A DNA stretch of 64,000 bases from Candidatus Heimdallarchaeum aukensis (GCA_021513695.1 CP084166.1:2336001-2400000), one strand, 5' to 3'. Shown: positions 47,068 through 57,304, counted from the stretch's first letter. The notes: generated from the letters alone by a model not told the origin. Numbers and translations are program-made.

Positions 47068-48832
47068 CTAAATCTTCCTTTGTTATCTTTCTTTTGCTCT
47101 CTAGCTTAAGAAGAGCAGTGTTATATCTACTAACTACATCATTGAAGTTTATAAAACCAATGACTTTCTTATCATTTTTTAAGGATACTACTGGCATCCC
47201 TTCAATATTATTGTCTTTTAACTTTGCGATGACTACTCTTAATGTATCACTTGGTTTAACGGTTATTACGTTTTCAGTCATTACTTCGTGAACATACTTT
47301 TTATTAGAAGAAAAACCTCTTGAGAAATCTGAACTCGCAATAATTCCAACAAGATTATCTTCTTCGTCAAAAACAGATATGGCTGAAACTTTGTGCAGAT
47401 ATAGTAGTGAAATTGTATTCTTAAGTAGGTCATTCTTTTTTACTTTGGGAAAAACAGTATCCATTGCTTCAGAAACTTTTATTCCTTCCAAGATGTCAGT
47501 ATTGCTTATTTTTTTCCTTAATATGACTTCTTTGCTTTGTACTTGTCCAGTATATAGACTGAAATCCATGGAAACTACAAAAGCTGCAGCATTTGATAGA
47601 ATTATTGGAATAACAAGAGAAGGAAATCCTAACATTTCTAAAACAATAAGCATAGATGCAATCGGAGTTTTTGTAGTGGCTGCATGCATTGCAGACATTC
47701 CTACTATAATAAATGCAATATAATTGACGCCAGGAAAGATCTTAGAATAAACAGCCCCCAAAACAGCTCCTGTTACTAGCGATGGACCCATGACTCCTCC
47801 AGATGCACCCATTCCAACACATGTGGAAGTAACAATAATTTTACCAAGAAAAAGAAGAAGTAGAATAGAAAAACCTATATTTTCACCTTTCTCTAAAAGA
47901 AAATTTATCGCTTGAAAACCTGTTCCTTGTAAAGATAGACCTTCTGGTAATCCTAAACTGAACAAAAAGACGATAAGAGCTGTAATTGTCATTCCAATAA
48001 AAGGGAGAATATATGACCATTTTATGTATCTATTAACTAAATTTGTAAGGGATTTATATAGTAATGAAAAACCTATTCCTGAAATTCCAGAAATAACTCC
48101 TAATAATAAGAACAAAAGAGAATTAACAATTGTAAGCTGTACTGGAGCTGTTTCAATATCTAAATAAACAGGGTGGGAGTTTAGTGCTGTCAAAATTGCC
48201 ATTGAAACTAAAAGAGAAATTGCACTTCCCAAAAGAGCAGGAAGAAATACTGTTTCATCAAGATCGTGTTTGTATGGAACTTCAGAAGCAAAAACTGTTC
48301 CACCTAAAGGAGAACGAAAAACTGCTGCAGTGCAAGCTGCTGCTCCTATTGTTATAGCATGTGTAGCATCATCTTGGTTGAATTTCATTTTTTCTCCTAA
48401 AGAATAAGCCATCGCTGCTCCTATTGTAACAGATGGTCCTTCTCTTCCTGCAGGAGCATTTACTCCCAAAGTGAGAAAACTTGCTACAAACTTTGACCAA
48501 ATAACTCGAATAGGAATTTTCTTTCCCGTGTTTTTATGTTCTAAAATATAGGAAATTCCTGCTCCTCGCACTTCATCAAACCCAAAATAAAGGAAGAGTG
48601 ATATTAATGCTCCAGTTAATGGAAAAGAAATCAAAATAGAAATTTGAGACAACCATTTTTGAGTATTAACTACAAGGCTTGCAAACAAACCCATTACAAC
48701 TCCACTTATAATACCAGTAATGATTGCAAAGGGAAACCATTTTTTGCTATATTTCCAATATTTGATAAAAACCTCTTTAAAATTCCTAAAAAATCTCTTA
48801 TTTTCTTTATCATTTATTGCTTTTTTTTTCAC
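47057..48832 (-). CDS. ClC-family chloride channel/transporter with C-terminal CBS pair
   Basis: 'GVNAPAGREGPSVTIGAA' (GREGP selectivity motif), 'GASGGVMGPSL'; about 10 TM helices; C-terminal CBS-like 'VSAISVFDEEDNLVGIIASSD' and 'MPVVSLKNDKKVIGFINFNDV'. Confidence 0.85.
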   Translation of the reverse strand: MKKKAINDKENKRFFRNFKEVFIKYWKYSKKWFPFAIITGIISGVVMGLFASLVVNTQKWLSQISILISFPLTGALISLFLYFGFDEVRGAGISYILEHKNTGKKIPIRVIWSKFVASFLTLGVNAPAGREGPSVTIGAAMAYSLGEKMKFNQDDATHAITIGAAACTAAVFRSPLGGTVFASEVPYKHDLDETVFLPALLGSAISLLVSMAILTALNSHPVYLDIETAPVQLTIVNSLLFLLLGVISGISGIGFSLLYKSLTNLVNRYIKWSYILPFIGMTITALIVFLFSLGLPEGLSLQGTGFQAINFLLEKGENIGFSILLLLFLGKIIVTSTCVGMGASGGVMGPSLVTGAVLGAVYSKIFPGVNYIAFIIVGMSAMHAATTKTPIASMLIVLEMLGFPSLVIPIILSNAAAFVVSMDFSLYTGQVQSKEVILRKKISNTDILEGIKVSEAMDTVFPKVKKNDLLKNTISLLYLHKVSAISVFDEEDNLVGIIASSDFSRGFSSNKKYVHEVMTENVITVKPSDTLRVVIAKLKDNNIEGMPVVSLKNDKKVIGFINFNDVVSRYNTALLKLESKRKITKEDLDDF

Positions 48833-48998
48833 ACTTCTAACTTGAAAAGAACTCTTTTATTTTTTTCTCCATCTTATAGTTGAGAAAAATTTCTTCTTAA
48901 ATTCCTTTAGTTAGGAAAACAAATGTAAAATTGATAAACTATTATTATAAATATTTAATTATATATAACGATTAATAGTTATCTAAAATTTAATATAT
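48833..48998. promoter_or_regulatory. divergent intergenic region between the two ClC genes
   Basis: 166-bp AT-rich gap ('ttataaatatttaattatatata' TATA-like) between head-to-head ClC genes. Confidence 0.25.
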
Positions 48999-50804
48999 TT
49001 GCTTAAAATCGAGAGTTATAGGGGATTAGTGATGAAATTGCGATTGCCACATGTGAATTTTAAGTTACCGAGTTATACAAAAAAATGGTTGCTATTAGAT
49101 GTATTAGGAATAATTATTGGTATTATTGGAGGGTTAGGAGCAGTATTCTTTCGTTTTATTTTAAAGTACCTCAAGATCTTCTTTTTTGATATCTTGTTAC
49201 CATTAGTTACAATAAATGTTGGTGGATTTAATTTAGGTTATATATTTCTTCCAATAATTGGGGCTTTAATTGTAGGGCCTGTTGTTATGTTTTTTGCTCC
49301 TGAAACTAAAGGACATGGTGTTCCTGAAGTGATGGAATCTGTAGCATTAAAAGGAGGGGAGATAAGAAAAAGAGTTGCTTTTCTAAAAGTGGCTGTTTCT
49401 TCTATAACTATCGGTTCTGGAGGCAGTGCGGGAAGAGAAGGACCAATTGCCCAAATAGGTGCAACACTTGGCTCATTCTTTGGAGGACTATTCAAACTTG
49501 ATCCACAACATAAAAAGCTGATGGTTGTTTGCGGTCTATCTGCTGGTATAGCTGGGACATTTAATGCTCCACTTGGCGGAGCGTTATTTGGAATGGAAGT
49601 GCTGTTGAGAGGAATAGGATTATTTAACGCAATGCCAGTAATTTTGTCTTCTGTAGTTTCTGTAGGTGTAGCTTCAGTGTTGATTCCGATAGCATTAGGT
49701 GAAGAAGTAGGACCTGCTTTTATTATAGATATAGCAACATCATGGAATCCTGCAGAACTGCCTTTATATATTGTTTTAGGAATAGTATTTGGATTATTGT
49801 CAATATTATGGGTAAAAGGATTCTACTTTATAGAGGATATTTTTGACAAACTAAAAATTTATCCTCATCTAAAACCAGCAATTGGAGCCTTTTTTACAGG
49901 ATTAATTATTGTCTTCTTCCCAACATATGGTATCGCTGGAGTTGGTTATGAAGGGATAGAACTTGCTCTTGTTGGAGAAATAACTTTGGGTTTATTAATA
50001 GCTCTAGGTTTTCTCAAAATTCTAGCAACAGGATTCTCAATTGGTTCGGGAGGAAGTGGAGGAATCTTTGCTCCTAGTTTATATATAGGCGCTATGTTTG
50101 GAACTGCAATAGGCATGGTTTTTAAATTAATTTTTCCAGGAACTGTGTCTAATTGGACAACATATTCATTAGCTGGTATGGGCGCTTTATTTGCAGGTGC
50201 AGCACAAGCTCCAATAAATGTAATAATAATGATTCCAGAGATGACCAACGATTATTTATTGATACCACCAATTGCTATTGCTTCATTCATCAGTTTTTTC
50301 ATTAATTGGATATTCATGAAAGGGACTTCAATTTACACAATAAAATTAGAAAGAAGAGGAGTTAAAATTAGAATGGGTAGTCCTTTCATTTTAGAATTAG
50401 TGAAAAACGAAGAAATAATGACAAAAGATGTGGTTACTCTCCAAGAAAAGTTTCCTGTTTCAATCCTAGAGCTATACTTTGAAGAACATCAACACCATGG
50501 ATATCCAGTGCTAAATGAAGAAAAGAAACTTGTGGGAGTTGTAACCTTGGGAGACTTGCAAAAGTTAGAAGAGGAAGAAAGAAAAAACAAAATCATTGGA
50601 GATATTTGTTCAAGAGAGCTTGTGACCGTTAAAGCAGAAGAAACAGTCTCTGAAGCTTTAAGAAAAATGAATGAGTTTGATATTGGTAGAGTAATTGTTG
50701 TAGATAGTGAAGACCCTAATAAAATAAAAGGAATAGTTACGAGAACTGATATAATGAATGCTTATCGTATTGCTTCACAAAACCCGGCACTTACAACACT
50801 TTAA
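48999..50804 (+). CDS. ClC-family chloride channel/transporter with C-terminal CBS pair (second paralog)
   Basis: 'GSGGSAGREGPIAQIGA', 'GSGGSGGIFAPSLYIGA'; C-terminal CBS-like 'GYPVLNEEKKLVGVVTLGDL' and 'RVIVVDSEDPNKIKGIVTRTDI'. Confidence 0.85.
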   Translation: MLKIESYRGLVMKLRLPHVNFKLPSYTKKWLLLDVLGIIIGIIGGLGAVFFRFILKYLKIFFFDILLPLVTINVGGFNLGYIFLPIIGALIVGPVVMFFAPETKGHGVPEVMESVALKGGEIRKRVAFLKVAVSSITIGSGGSAGREGPIAQIGATLGSFFGGLFKLDPQHKKLMVVCGLSAGIAGTFNAPLGGALFGMEVLLRGIGLFNAMPVILSSVVSVGVASVLIPIALGEEVGPAFIIDIATSWNPAELPLYIVLGIVFGLLSILWVKGFYFIEDIFDKLKIYPHLKPAIGAFFTGLIIVFFPTYGIAGVGYEGIELALVGEITLGLLIALGFLKILATGFSIGSGGSGGIFAPSLYIGAMFGTAIGMVFKLIFPGTVSNWTTYSLAGMGALFAGAAQAPINVIIMIPEMTNDYLLIPPIAIASFISFFINWIFMKGTSIYTIKLERRGVKIRMGSPFILELVKNEEIMTKDVVTLQEKFPVSILELYFEEHQHHGYPVLNEEKKLVGVVTLGDLQKLEEEERKNKIIGDICSRELVTVKAEETVSEALRKMNEFDIGRVIVVDSEDPNKIKGIVTRTDIMNAYRIASQNPALTTL

Positions 50805-50874
50805 TAACTTTTTTCTCTTTTTTCTTGAAAAAGCATAATCTTGAAAAGGTAAAAAAAGAAAAGAATAATAGGCA

Positions 50875-53037
50875 ATGCAGTATAAGAAAAAAACTTTCTA
50901 TTGTTTGTTATTTATTGGGGTTATATTTACAACTTTGTTCTTGTATCTATACCCATTCAATTCTAAAATAACTTTTGTAAGTGATTATAAAGATTATACA
51001 TATTCATCTAATATTGAGATAGTAAAACAAGATTACACAGAGGATTTTGATAGAGAAATAAGTTTATCAGATTTTCTTACTTATTCAATTGAACCTTATG
51101 TTCTTGATTTTGAAAAAGATCAATCATTCGAATTTTTTGTTATCTCAAATCGTTATAATGAAACTGAAGGAAATAAATTATTTTTACTAAAAGATGCTAG
51201 TATTATGCCTAACTGGCCAATTCAACTAGATGTGGATATTGAGGATGTAGTAGGTCAAGAGACTTATGATAACGAACAAATTGTAATAGTAAGAGCTAAA
51301 GATAAGAATAGTATCAATCAAACCTTATTTTATGGCATAAATAAAAATGGAGACGTGATCAGTTCATTTACAAAAGTAGTAGGAGAAACATTTAGTGGAG
51401 ATACTTTATTTGGTGACATTGATGAGGACGGTCTAAATGAATTTGTGATACATAGTAACTATCAGGTCTTTGTGTATGAAGATGATTTTACATTAAAAGA
51501 GAATTGGCCAAAAGAAACAAATGAGACAATCTTTTCAGAAATTGTTGTGGAAGATGTAAATTTAGATGGAAGAAAGGATATTGTAACCCTAACTGAGCAA
51601 GGACTAATCTTTGTATGGGATTGGAATGGAACATTGTTAAGTCACTTTACTAAAAGGATTGATCTTCTATATTACAAAAATGGGGAAGGATTTAGAGTCA
51701 TGCCCATAGTGACAGACAGTAATAAGGATGGAGTAGTAGAGATTTTCGCTTCATCAACCTTTGGTTATCTCTATTGTCTAGAACTATCTAAAGCAAAAAC
51801 AAGCACTTATTATCAAAAATTACCTAATGCTATTTATAGTTTAAATCAAGCTACTGCTAGCGATATAAACAAGGATGGACTAATTGATATCATACAACCT
51901 TTCTCCGATGGTTTTTATATTTTTAATTTTAATAAAAGCTTGGAAGTTAAGACAAAAGTAGAAGGGTCTTATTCTTTCACGGGAGCTCCTGTACTAGCAG
52001 ATATAAACAAAGATAATACACTGGAACTAATTTTTGTTTCCGACTATCGTTTACTAGTTTTCAATTATACTGGGGTTGAAAATCAAAATTATGAAAGATC
52101 AATCCCCTATGCTTATAGTAATGGAATTTCACCTATTGTATTTGATAGTGATAGTGATAGTGAGATTGAGATAGTCTATTTAAATAATTATGGAAAAATA
52201 AAAATATTCGAAACAAATGATTTTGGATTGCTTCCATGGTTGTTCAAGTATTCTTCTCCTCTACATTCTGTTAATAATGACTATGATAGTGATGGATTGT
52301 TAAATTATGAAGAAGAAATAGTAGGCAGCGACCCTCTAAACTCTGACAGCGATTCTGATACAGTTTATGATGGAGAAGAAGTTAATCAATATGTGATGAA
52401 TCCTATTATTGCTGATTTATCTTTAGATAGTGATGAAGACAATTTAACTAATATTGAAGAAGTAGACATTTATTTAACAAATCCGTTAAATCCAGACAGT
52501 GATTTTGACGGGTTAAAAGATGGAGAGGAAGTACTTATTTATTCAACGAACCCATTATCTATTGATTCAGACGAAGATGGGTTGCCAGATTCTTTTGAAG
52601 TAGAATATACTTTTTTAGATCCAAATGATGCTGATGATGCTCAGTTAGATTATGATGGAGATAATTTGTCAAATTTAGAAGAATACCTTTATGGAACTGA
52701 TCCAAGTAATCCTGATACTGATTCCGATACTCTTTCTGATGGAGATGAAATTTATAGATACTTTACGAATCCTATAGTTCCTGATGCTGATGCTGATTAT
52801 GATGGAGATGGCTTAACCAATGTTGAAGAAGTAGATATTTATCATACTGACCCATCTTCAGCAGATAGCGATGGTGATGGAATAAATGATGGTGAAGAAA
52901 TAGAAAAGGGGTCAGACCCTAATGATCCACAAAGTATACCTAAAACATCAAAAATTCATTTTGATACATTTTTCATGGTAATTTCACTTTTTTCTCTAAT
53001 CTTTGTAATTACTTTAGTAAAAAGGGCAAGGAATTAA
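50875..53037 (+). CDS. secreted FG-GAP/integrin-alpha-like beta-propeller protein with C-terminal thrombospondin-type-3-like DxDxDG repeat array and TM anchor
   Basis: Signal anchor. At least 6 FG-GAP-like blades ('FGDIDEDGLNEFVI', 'VEDVNLDGRKDIV', 'VTDSNKDGVVEIF', 'SDINKDGLIDII', 'LADINKDNTLELIF', 'FDSDSDSEIEIVY'). Then about 8 acidic repeats 'NPxxxDSDxDGLxDGEEV' (nt ~52280-52930). C-terminal TM 'FFMVISLFSLIFVITLVKRARN'. Confidence 0.6.
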   Translation: MQYKKKTFYCLLFIGVIFTTLFLYLYPFNSKITFVSDYKDYTYSSNIEIVKQDYTEDFDREISLSDFLTYSIEPYVLDFEKDQSFEFFVISNRYNETEGNKLFLLKDASIMPNWPIQLDVDIEDVVGQETYDNEQIVIVRAKDKNSINQTLFYGINKNGDVISSFTKVVGETFSGDTLFGDIDEDGLNEFVIHSNYQVFVYEDDFTLKENWPKETNETIFSEIVVEDVNLDGRKDIVTLTEQGLIFVWDWNGTLLSHFTKRIDLLYYKNGEGFRVMPIVTDSNKDGVVEIFASSTFGYLYCLELSKAKTSTYYQKLPNAIYSLNQATASDINKDGLIDIIQPFSDGFYIFNFNKSLEVKTKVEGSYSFTGAPVLADINKDNTLELIFVSDYRLLVFNYTGVENQNYERSIPYAYSNGISPIVFDSDSDSEIEIVYLNNYGKIKIFETNDFGLLPWLFKYSSPLHSVNNDYDSDGLLNYEEEIVGSDPLNSDSDSDTVYDGEEVNQYVMNPIIADLSLDSDEDNLTNIEEVDIYLTNPLNPDSDFDGLKDGEEVLIYSTNPLSIDSDEDGLPDSFEVEYTFLDPNDADDAQLDYDGDNLSNLEEYLYGTDPSNPDTDSDTLSDGDEIYRYFTNPIVPDADADYDGDGLTNVEEVDIYHTDPSSADSDGDGINDGEEIEKGSDPNDPQSIPKTSKIHFDTFFMVISLFSLIFVITLVKRARN

Positions 53038-53047
53038 AAAAATCAAC

Positions 53048-53530
53048 TTAAAATTCCCAAATGTAAGTAACTCCTTGTCCATCATCTTCACAAACAGAAA
53101 CCTTTAAGCTTTTAATGTTTTTTTCGTTGAATTTTTTTTCTTTTATCAATAACTCTGTAAAATATCTACTTAGTTCTTCAACTGTAGTATTTTCAATAGG
53201 TAAAATTTTAACATCCTCTTTTGGGATTTCATATTCTTTATCTAATCTAGGCACTTTAATGATTACTTGTTTATCTGTTTCAATAATCTCTAGATGTTTA
53301 TTATACCTCGGTAAAATGAGGTGATGATCAAGTGAATCAACAACGGGTTGAACTATTCTCTTTATATCATAAAAATTGACCACCATATTGTCTTTAGATT
53401 GCTGTCCAACAATATTTACTTGAACAGTATAATTGTGTCCATGTAATTTTTCAAAAAAGCTTTCTCCAATAACAATATGAGAGCAAGAAAATATGAAATA
53501 CTCCCTGGATAAAAACAAATCATAGCTCAT
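53048..53530 (-). CDS. 6-pyruvoyl-tetrahydropterin synthase family protein (PTPS/QueD-like)
   Basis: 'FSCSHIVIGESFFEKLHGHNYTVQV' is the Cys...His-Gly-His Zn/catalytic motif of PTPS; 160 aa. Confidence 0.7.
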   Translation of the reverse strand: MSYDLFLSREYFIFSCSHIVIGESFFEKLHGHNYTVQVNIVGQQSKDNMVVNFYDIKRIVQPVVDSLDHHLILPRYNKHLEIIETDKQVIIKVPRLDKEYEIPKEDVKILPIENTTVEELSRYFTELLIKEKKFNEKNIKSLKVSVCEDDGQGVTYIWEF

Positions 53531-53612
53531 TTTGTTATAAGTATCCTTCTATTAATTGAATTTTGCTATTGAATACCTTGCTTAATCTTTTCGAATGGGA
53601 GCATATTAGTTT

Positions 53613-54554
53613 TTATAATTCTGCAGATGATAATATTATATTTTCAAGTTCTTGGATTTCTAAGTCAATATCAACTAAAAAAACTAAAAATTCTGACATT
53701 ATTGATGCTAGTTCATTTCTCAACTCTTTTCCAAGTTTTATTAGTTCTTCAACAGAGGAAATATCATCTAAACCCCATGAAAGAACATCACATAATCTTC
53801 CAAGTTGTTCGTCAGGTATTTTCTCTTCTTCTTTTGCTTTACTGTTAGTTGAAATTTGAGAAAGAATTTTTTCTGCAGTATTAATTTCATCTTCAAAAAC
53901 AGTGGTCAATGGATTTATACTCATATCTAACAATTCACGCAAAATCATCTGGGCTTTATCCCCAAGTTCAGCAGCCTGAAAGGAAAGATCTGTTATTTCT
54001 TCTACTTGCTCCTTTTGGAGTTGCACAATTTCATTAGGTTCTGCAAAAAATTTCTGAATATATTCTCTGTTCTTTTCATTAACTAATGATATTTGTTGTC
54101 TAAAACTGGAAGATTCTTCAGACTCTGAAGAGAGGAGAAAATAAATTTCTTGCCATTTACTGTTTAACTTTTCCTTGGTTAAAAACAAGTCCTTTGCTTT
54201 TTCCAAAACATTAATTATTTTCTCTATGATAGCTTCTTTTTCTATCAAACCTTTTGTACGTGCACGAGAAACTTCCTCATTAAATTCTCTGGAAACACTT
54301 TCATTTCCTCGAAGATTCTCTATAAGAGAACTCTGATAATATGTTCTCGCGAGAGAAGCCATAAGTGAAAGAAGCGATGAGCGCAAAGAAAAAAGTGATC
54401 CTTCATCTGAACTCAAAAAAATATCTATATGCTCAAATAAAGAACCCATTTTTTTATATAGTTTACGTATTGGCCTGTAGTTTAAATTGTCGAGAAATTT
54501 ACCTAGTAAGGTCTGTCTCTCTAGAACAGTATCAGTATAATTATGCATTGTCAT
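53613..54554 (-). CDS. hypothetical acidic alpha-helical (coiled-coil-like) protein
   Basis: 313 aa, E/K/L-rich, no recognisable catalytic motifs. Confidence 0.35.
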   Translation of the reverse strand: MTMHNYTDTVLERQTLLGKFLDNLNYRPIRKLYKKMGSLFEHIDIFLSSDEGSLFSLRSSLLSLMASLARTYYQSSLIENLRGNESVSREFNEEVSRARTKGLIEKEAIIEKIINVLEKAKDLFLTKEKLNSKWQEIYFLLSSESEESSSFRQQISLVNEKNREYIQKFFAEPNEIVQLQKEQVEEITDLSFQAAELGDKAQMILRELLDMSINPLTTVFEDEINTAEKILSQISTNSKAKEEEKIPDEQLGRLCDVLSWGLDDISSVEELIKLGKELRNELASIMSEFLVFLVDIDLEIQELENIILSSAEL

Positions 54555-54690
54555 GAGTCCCCAGAAACAATTTTCTCCAGTAGACGATAATATCTACATA
54601 GTCTAATATATTATTTTCCCTACTACAAGTCACTTAATTGTGAAAAGTTTAAATATTTTAAAGAGAAAAAAAAAATTTTAAAAAATAAAG

Positions 54691-55236
54691 TTAGAGTAAT
54701 TTTTTTGTTTTCGCTACATACCAACCTAAAATAGTTGCTCCGTGAATAATCACATTTCTCTGTATCATCTTTTCAACTTCACTTTTTGACAATTCTAAAA
54801 CTTCAATAAACTCATTTTCGTCTAGTTTCTGATTCCCTTCTTTTTCTACGATTGCAAAGTAAAGGTGTCCCCAACTACTACTAAAAGCTACAGGATGCCA
54901 AGTTAATAAAGGTTCAATAGAAAGCACTTTATAACCCGTTTCTTCCCTTACTTCTCTTTTAGCCGAAAGAGTTGGATCTTCTTCTGGTTCTATAAGACCA
55001 GCAGGAATCTCAATACTAACGCTACTCCACGGATATCTGTATTGTTTTATCATAACTATTTTTTCGTCTTTTGTCATGCATATTGTGGCTGTGAAGTTTT
55101 TACTCTCAACAACAGAAAATTCTACTTCTTTGCCTTTTGGATTCTGCACTTTATCATTTCTTACTCTGAGATAATTGTTGGAAAAAACTTCATTTTTATT
55201 TATACATATCCAGTTGCTTATATCCATTAAAATCAC
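54691..55236 (-). CDS. NUDIX hydrolase
   Basis: Nudix box 'GLIEPEEDPTLSAKREVREETGYKV' (GX5EX7REUXEEXGU). Confidence 0.8.
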   Translation of the reverse strand: MILMDISNWICINKNEVFSNNYLRVRNDKVQNPKGKEVEFSVVESKNFTATICMTKDEKIVMIKQYRYPWSSVSIEIPAGLIEPEEDPTLSAKREVREETGYKVLSIEPLLTWHPVAFSSSWGHLYFAIVEKEGNQKLDENEFIEVLELSKSEVEKMIQRNVIIHGATILGWYVAKTKKLL

Positions 55237-55272
55237 AATTCCTTAAAAATAAAAAGAAAAAGAAATTTAATT

Positions 55273-56490
55273 TTATTCACTTTCTTTTTTTTGGTTGTGC
55301 TCTTTAATTAGTTTTGTTAATTCTGGAATAATTTTTAGTACATCTCCAATAACTGACAAATTCGCTACTTTAAATATAGGTGCTTCGGGGTCATTGTTTA
55401 CTGCAATTATAACATCAGAGCTTTTCATTCCTACTAGGTGTTGTACTGCTCCAGAAATTCCAAAAGCTAAGTAGAGATTAGGAGAAACGGTTTTTCCTGA
55501 TTGACCAACTTGTCTAGCATGAGGTAACCAACCTATATCCACCAAAGCTCTTGATCCAGATAAAGTCGCACCCATTGCTTCAGCTAGTTCTTGAGCAATT
55601 TTTATATTTTCTTTGCTTTCTATTCCTCTACCGACGGATACAAGTTTATCTGCCTCTTCTATATTTACAACTTCATCTAAAACGTGTATCTCTTCAAGTA
55701 TTTTTGTTCTGATAGAAGAACGTTTAAGGGTCACTTCAAAAATCTCAGTCTCACCTTCTCTTGTTTGATCTTCTTTGGGTTTCTTGAACACATTAGGTCT
55801 TACAGTAGACATCTGAGGACGGGTATATGGAGATAAGATAGATGCCATGATGTTTCCACCAAAGGCAGGTCTTGTTTGAACTAATTGGTTCTCTTCATCA
55901 ATATCTAATCCTGTACAATCAGCTGTTAGACCTAATCCTAATCTCGCAGCTATTCTAGGCGCAAGATCTCTTCCATTGGGTGTTGCTCCATAAAGAACAA
56001 TTGAAGGTTTTTTTGCAGCAATTATGCTTGAGATTACTGTAGCATAACCATCAGTAGTATAAGCACCTAATAATTCATGTTCTGCTAAGATAACTTTATC
56101 TGCACCATGATGGAATAATGTAGGAATTAGTTCTTTAACTTTATATCCGGCTAAAACAACGGTTAATTCTTCATTTAATCTATCTGCAAGTTCTCTTCCT
56201 TTTCCTAATAGTTCCAAGACGACATTCTTGATATGTGGAACGTTTTCTCTTTTCTCCCATTCTCCCCATATGAAAACACCAGTGTATTGAGACAATTGTT
56301 CTTTTGAAATTGTTTTTCTTTCAATAGTTAGTGCTCCATAGGGACAAGCATTAACACATGTTCCACATAAAGTACAATTTTCTAGAACTTTAGCCTTTTT
56401 TGTGTCTGCTGGAACAATTATTGCTCCGAAAGGACAAACTTTTTCGCAAATTCCACAACCAATGCATTTTTCTATATCAACGATTAACAT
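55273..56490 (-). CDS. etfA: electron transfer flavoprotein alpha subunit with N-terminal 2x[4Fe-4S] ferredoxin domain (EtfA/FixB, LctC-like)
   Basis: 'CIGCGICEKVCPFGAI' and 'CTLCGTCVNACPYGAL' ferredoxin motifs, then the EtfA FAD-binding C-terminal domain 'PNLYLAFGISGAVQHLVGM'. Confidence 0.85.
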   Translation of the reverse strand: MLIVDIEKCIGCGICEKVCPFGAIIVPADTKKAKVLENCTLCGTCVNACPYGALTIERKTISKEQLSQYTGVFIWGEWEKRENVPHIKNVVLELLGKGRELADRLNEELTVVLAGYKVKELIPTLFHHGADKVILAEHELLGAYTTDGYATVISSIIAAKKPSIVLYGATPNGRDLAPRIAARLGLGLTADCTGLDIDEENQLVQTRPAFGGNIMASILSPYTRPQMSTVRPNVFKKPKEDQTREGETEIFEVTLKRSSIRTKILEEIHVLDEVVNIEEADKLVSVGRGIESKENIKIAQELAEAMGATLSGSRALVDIGWLPHARQVGQSGKTVSPNLYLAFGISGAVQHLVGMKSSDVIIAVNNDPEAPIFKVANLSVIGDVLKIIPELTKLIKEHNQKKESE

Positions 56491-56503
56491 TTTTCATCCT
56501 CCT

Positions 56504-57304
56504 TTAAATAAAATTATTAGCTACCAAGAATTCAAAGATCTTCTTTGCTGCAAGTTTAGGTTCCTCTCTTCCATCGATTATTTCTCCTCCACCTTTTTCT
56601 GGAGGGGCAAAAACTTTTGCGACTTGAGTAGGTGAAGCATTTAATCCTACTTTTGTGTCATCTGCTCCAATTTCATCTGCAGACACAATCTCCAAGGGCT
56701 TCTTTCTTGCTTCTAACACTTGTTTCATAGAAGGCATACGGCGAATATTAGATCCTTTACTCATAGTTACCAAAGCAGGCAACCTTGTGGAAACAATTTG
56801 GTATCCTTCTTCAGTCTCACGTTTGACAATTATTTTCTTGTTTTCTAACTTTGTGTTTACTCCATAAGTGATTTGAGGGATAGCAAGATGTTCTGCTGTT
56901 TCAGGTGGTACTTGAGCGGTGTCACCATCAATTGCTTGTTTTCCAGCAAAAATTAAATCAAAGTCAGGAACAAGTTTTTTCACACCTAAAGACAAAGCAT
57001 TTGAAGTTGCCCAAACGTCAGAACCTGCAAATTTTCTGTCAGAGAGTAAATAAGCTTTATCTGCTCCCAGTTCTAAACAACGCATAAGAGCATTTTTGGC
57101 TTGTGGTGGGCCCATGCTTATTGCTATTACTTCTATTTCTTTTTCTGGATATTCTTGTTTGAGTCTAACAGCTTCATCAAGAGCATACTCACAAAAAGGA
57201 TTGAGGATTGAAGCCACTCCTTCTCGAATTAAAGTACCTGTTTCTGGGTTAACAGCGACTTTATCAGCTTCAGGTACTTGTTTAACTAATACAACAATTT
57301 TCAT
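56504..57304 (-). CDS. etfB: electron transfer flavoprotein beta subunit (EtfB/FixA, LctB-like)
   Basis: 'MKIVVLVKQVPE...' N-terminus typical of EtfB; 'NPFCEYALDEAVRLKQ'; 266 aa. Confidence 0.8.
   Translation of the reverse strand: MKIVVLVKQVPEADKVAVNPETGTLIREGVASILNPFCEYALDEAVRLKQEYPEKEIEVIAISMGPPQAKNALMRCLELGADKAYLLSDRKFAGSDVWATSNALSLGVKKLVPDFDLIFAGKQAIDGDTAQVPPETAEHLAIPQITYGVNTKLENKKIIVKRETEEGYQIVSTRLPALVTMSKGSNIRRMPSMKQVLEARKKPLEIVSADEIGADDTKVGLNASPTQVAKVFAPPEKGGGEIIDGREEPKLAAKKIFEFLVANNFI

Noticed and set aside
52141-52162. Trinucleotide repeat gatagtgatagtgatagtgag
   Set aside because: Encodes DSDSDSE within the acidic Ca-binding-like repeat region of the FG-GAP protein. It is coding low complexity, not a microsatellite or CRISPR-like repeat.
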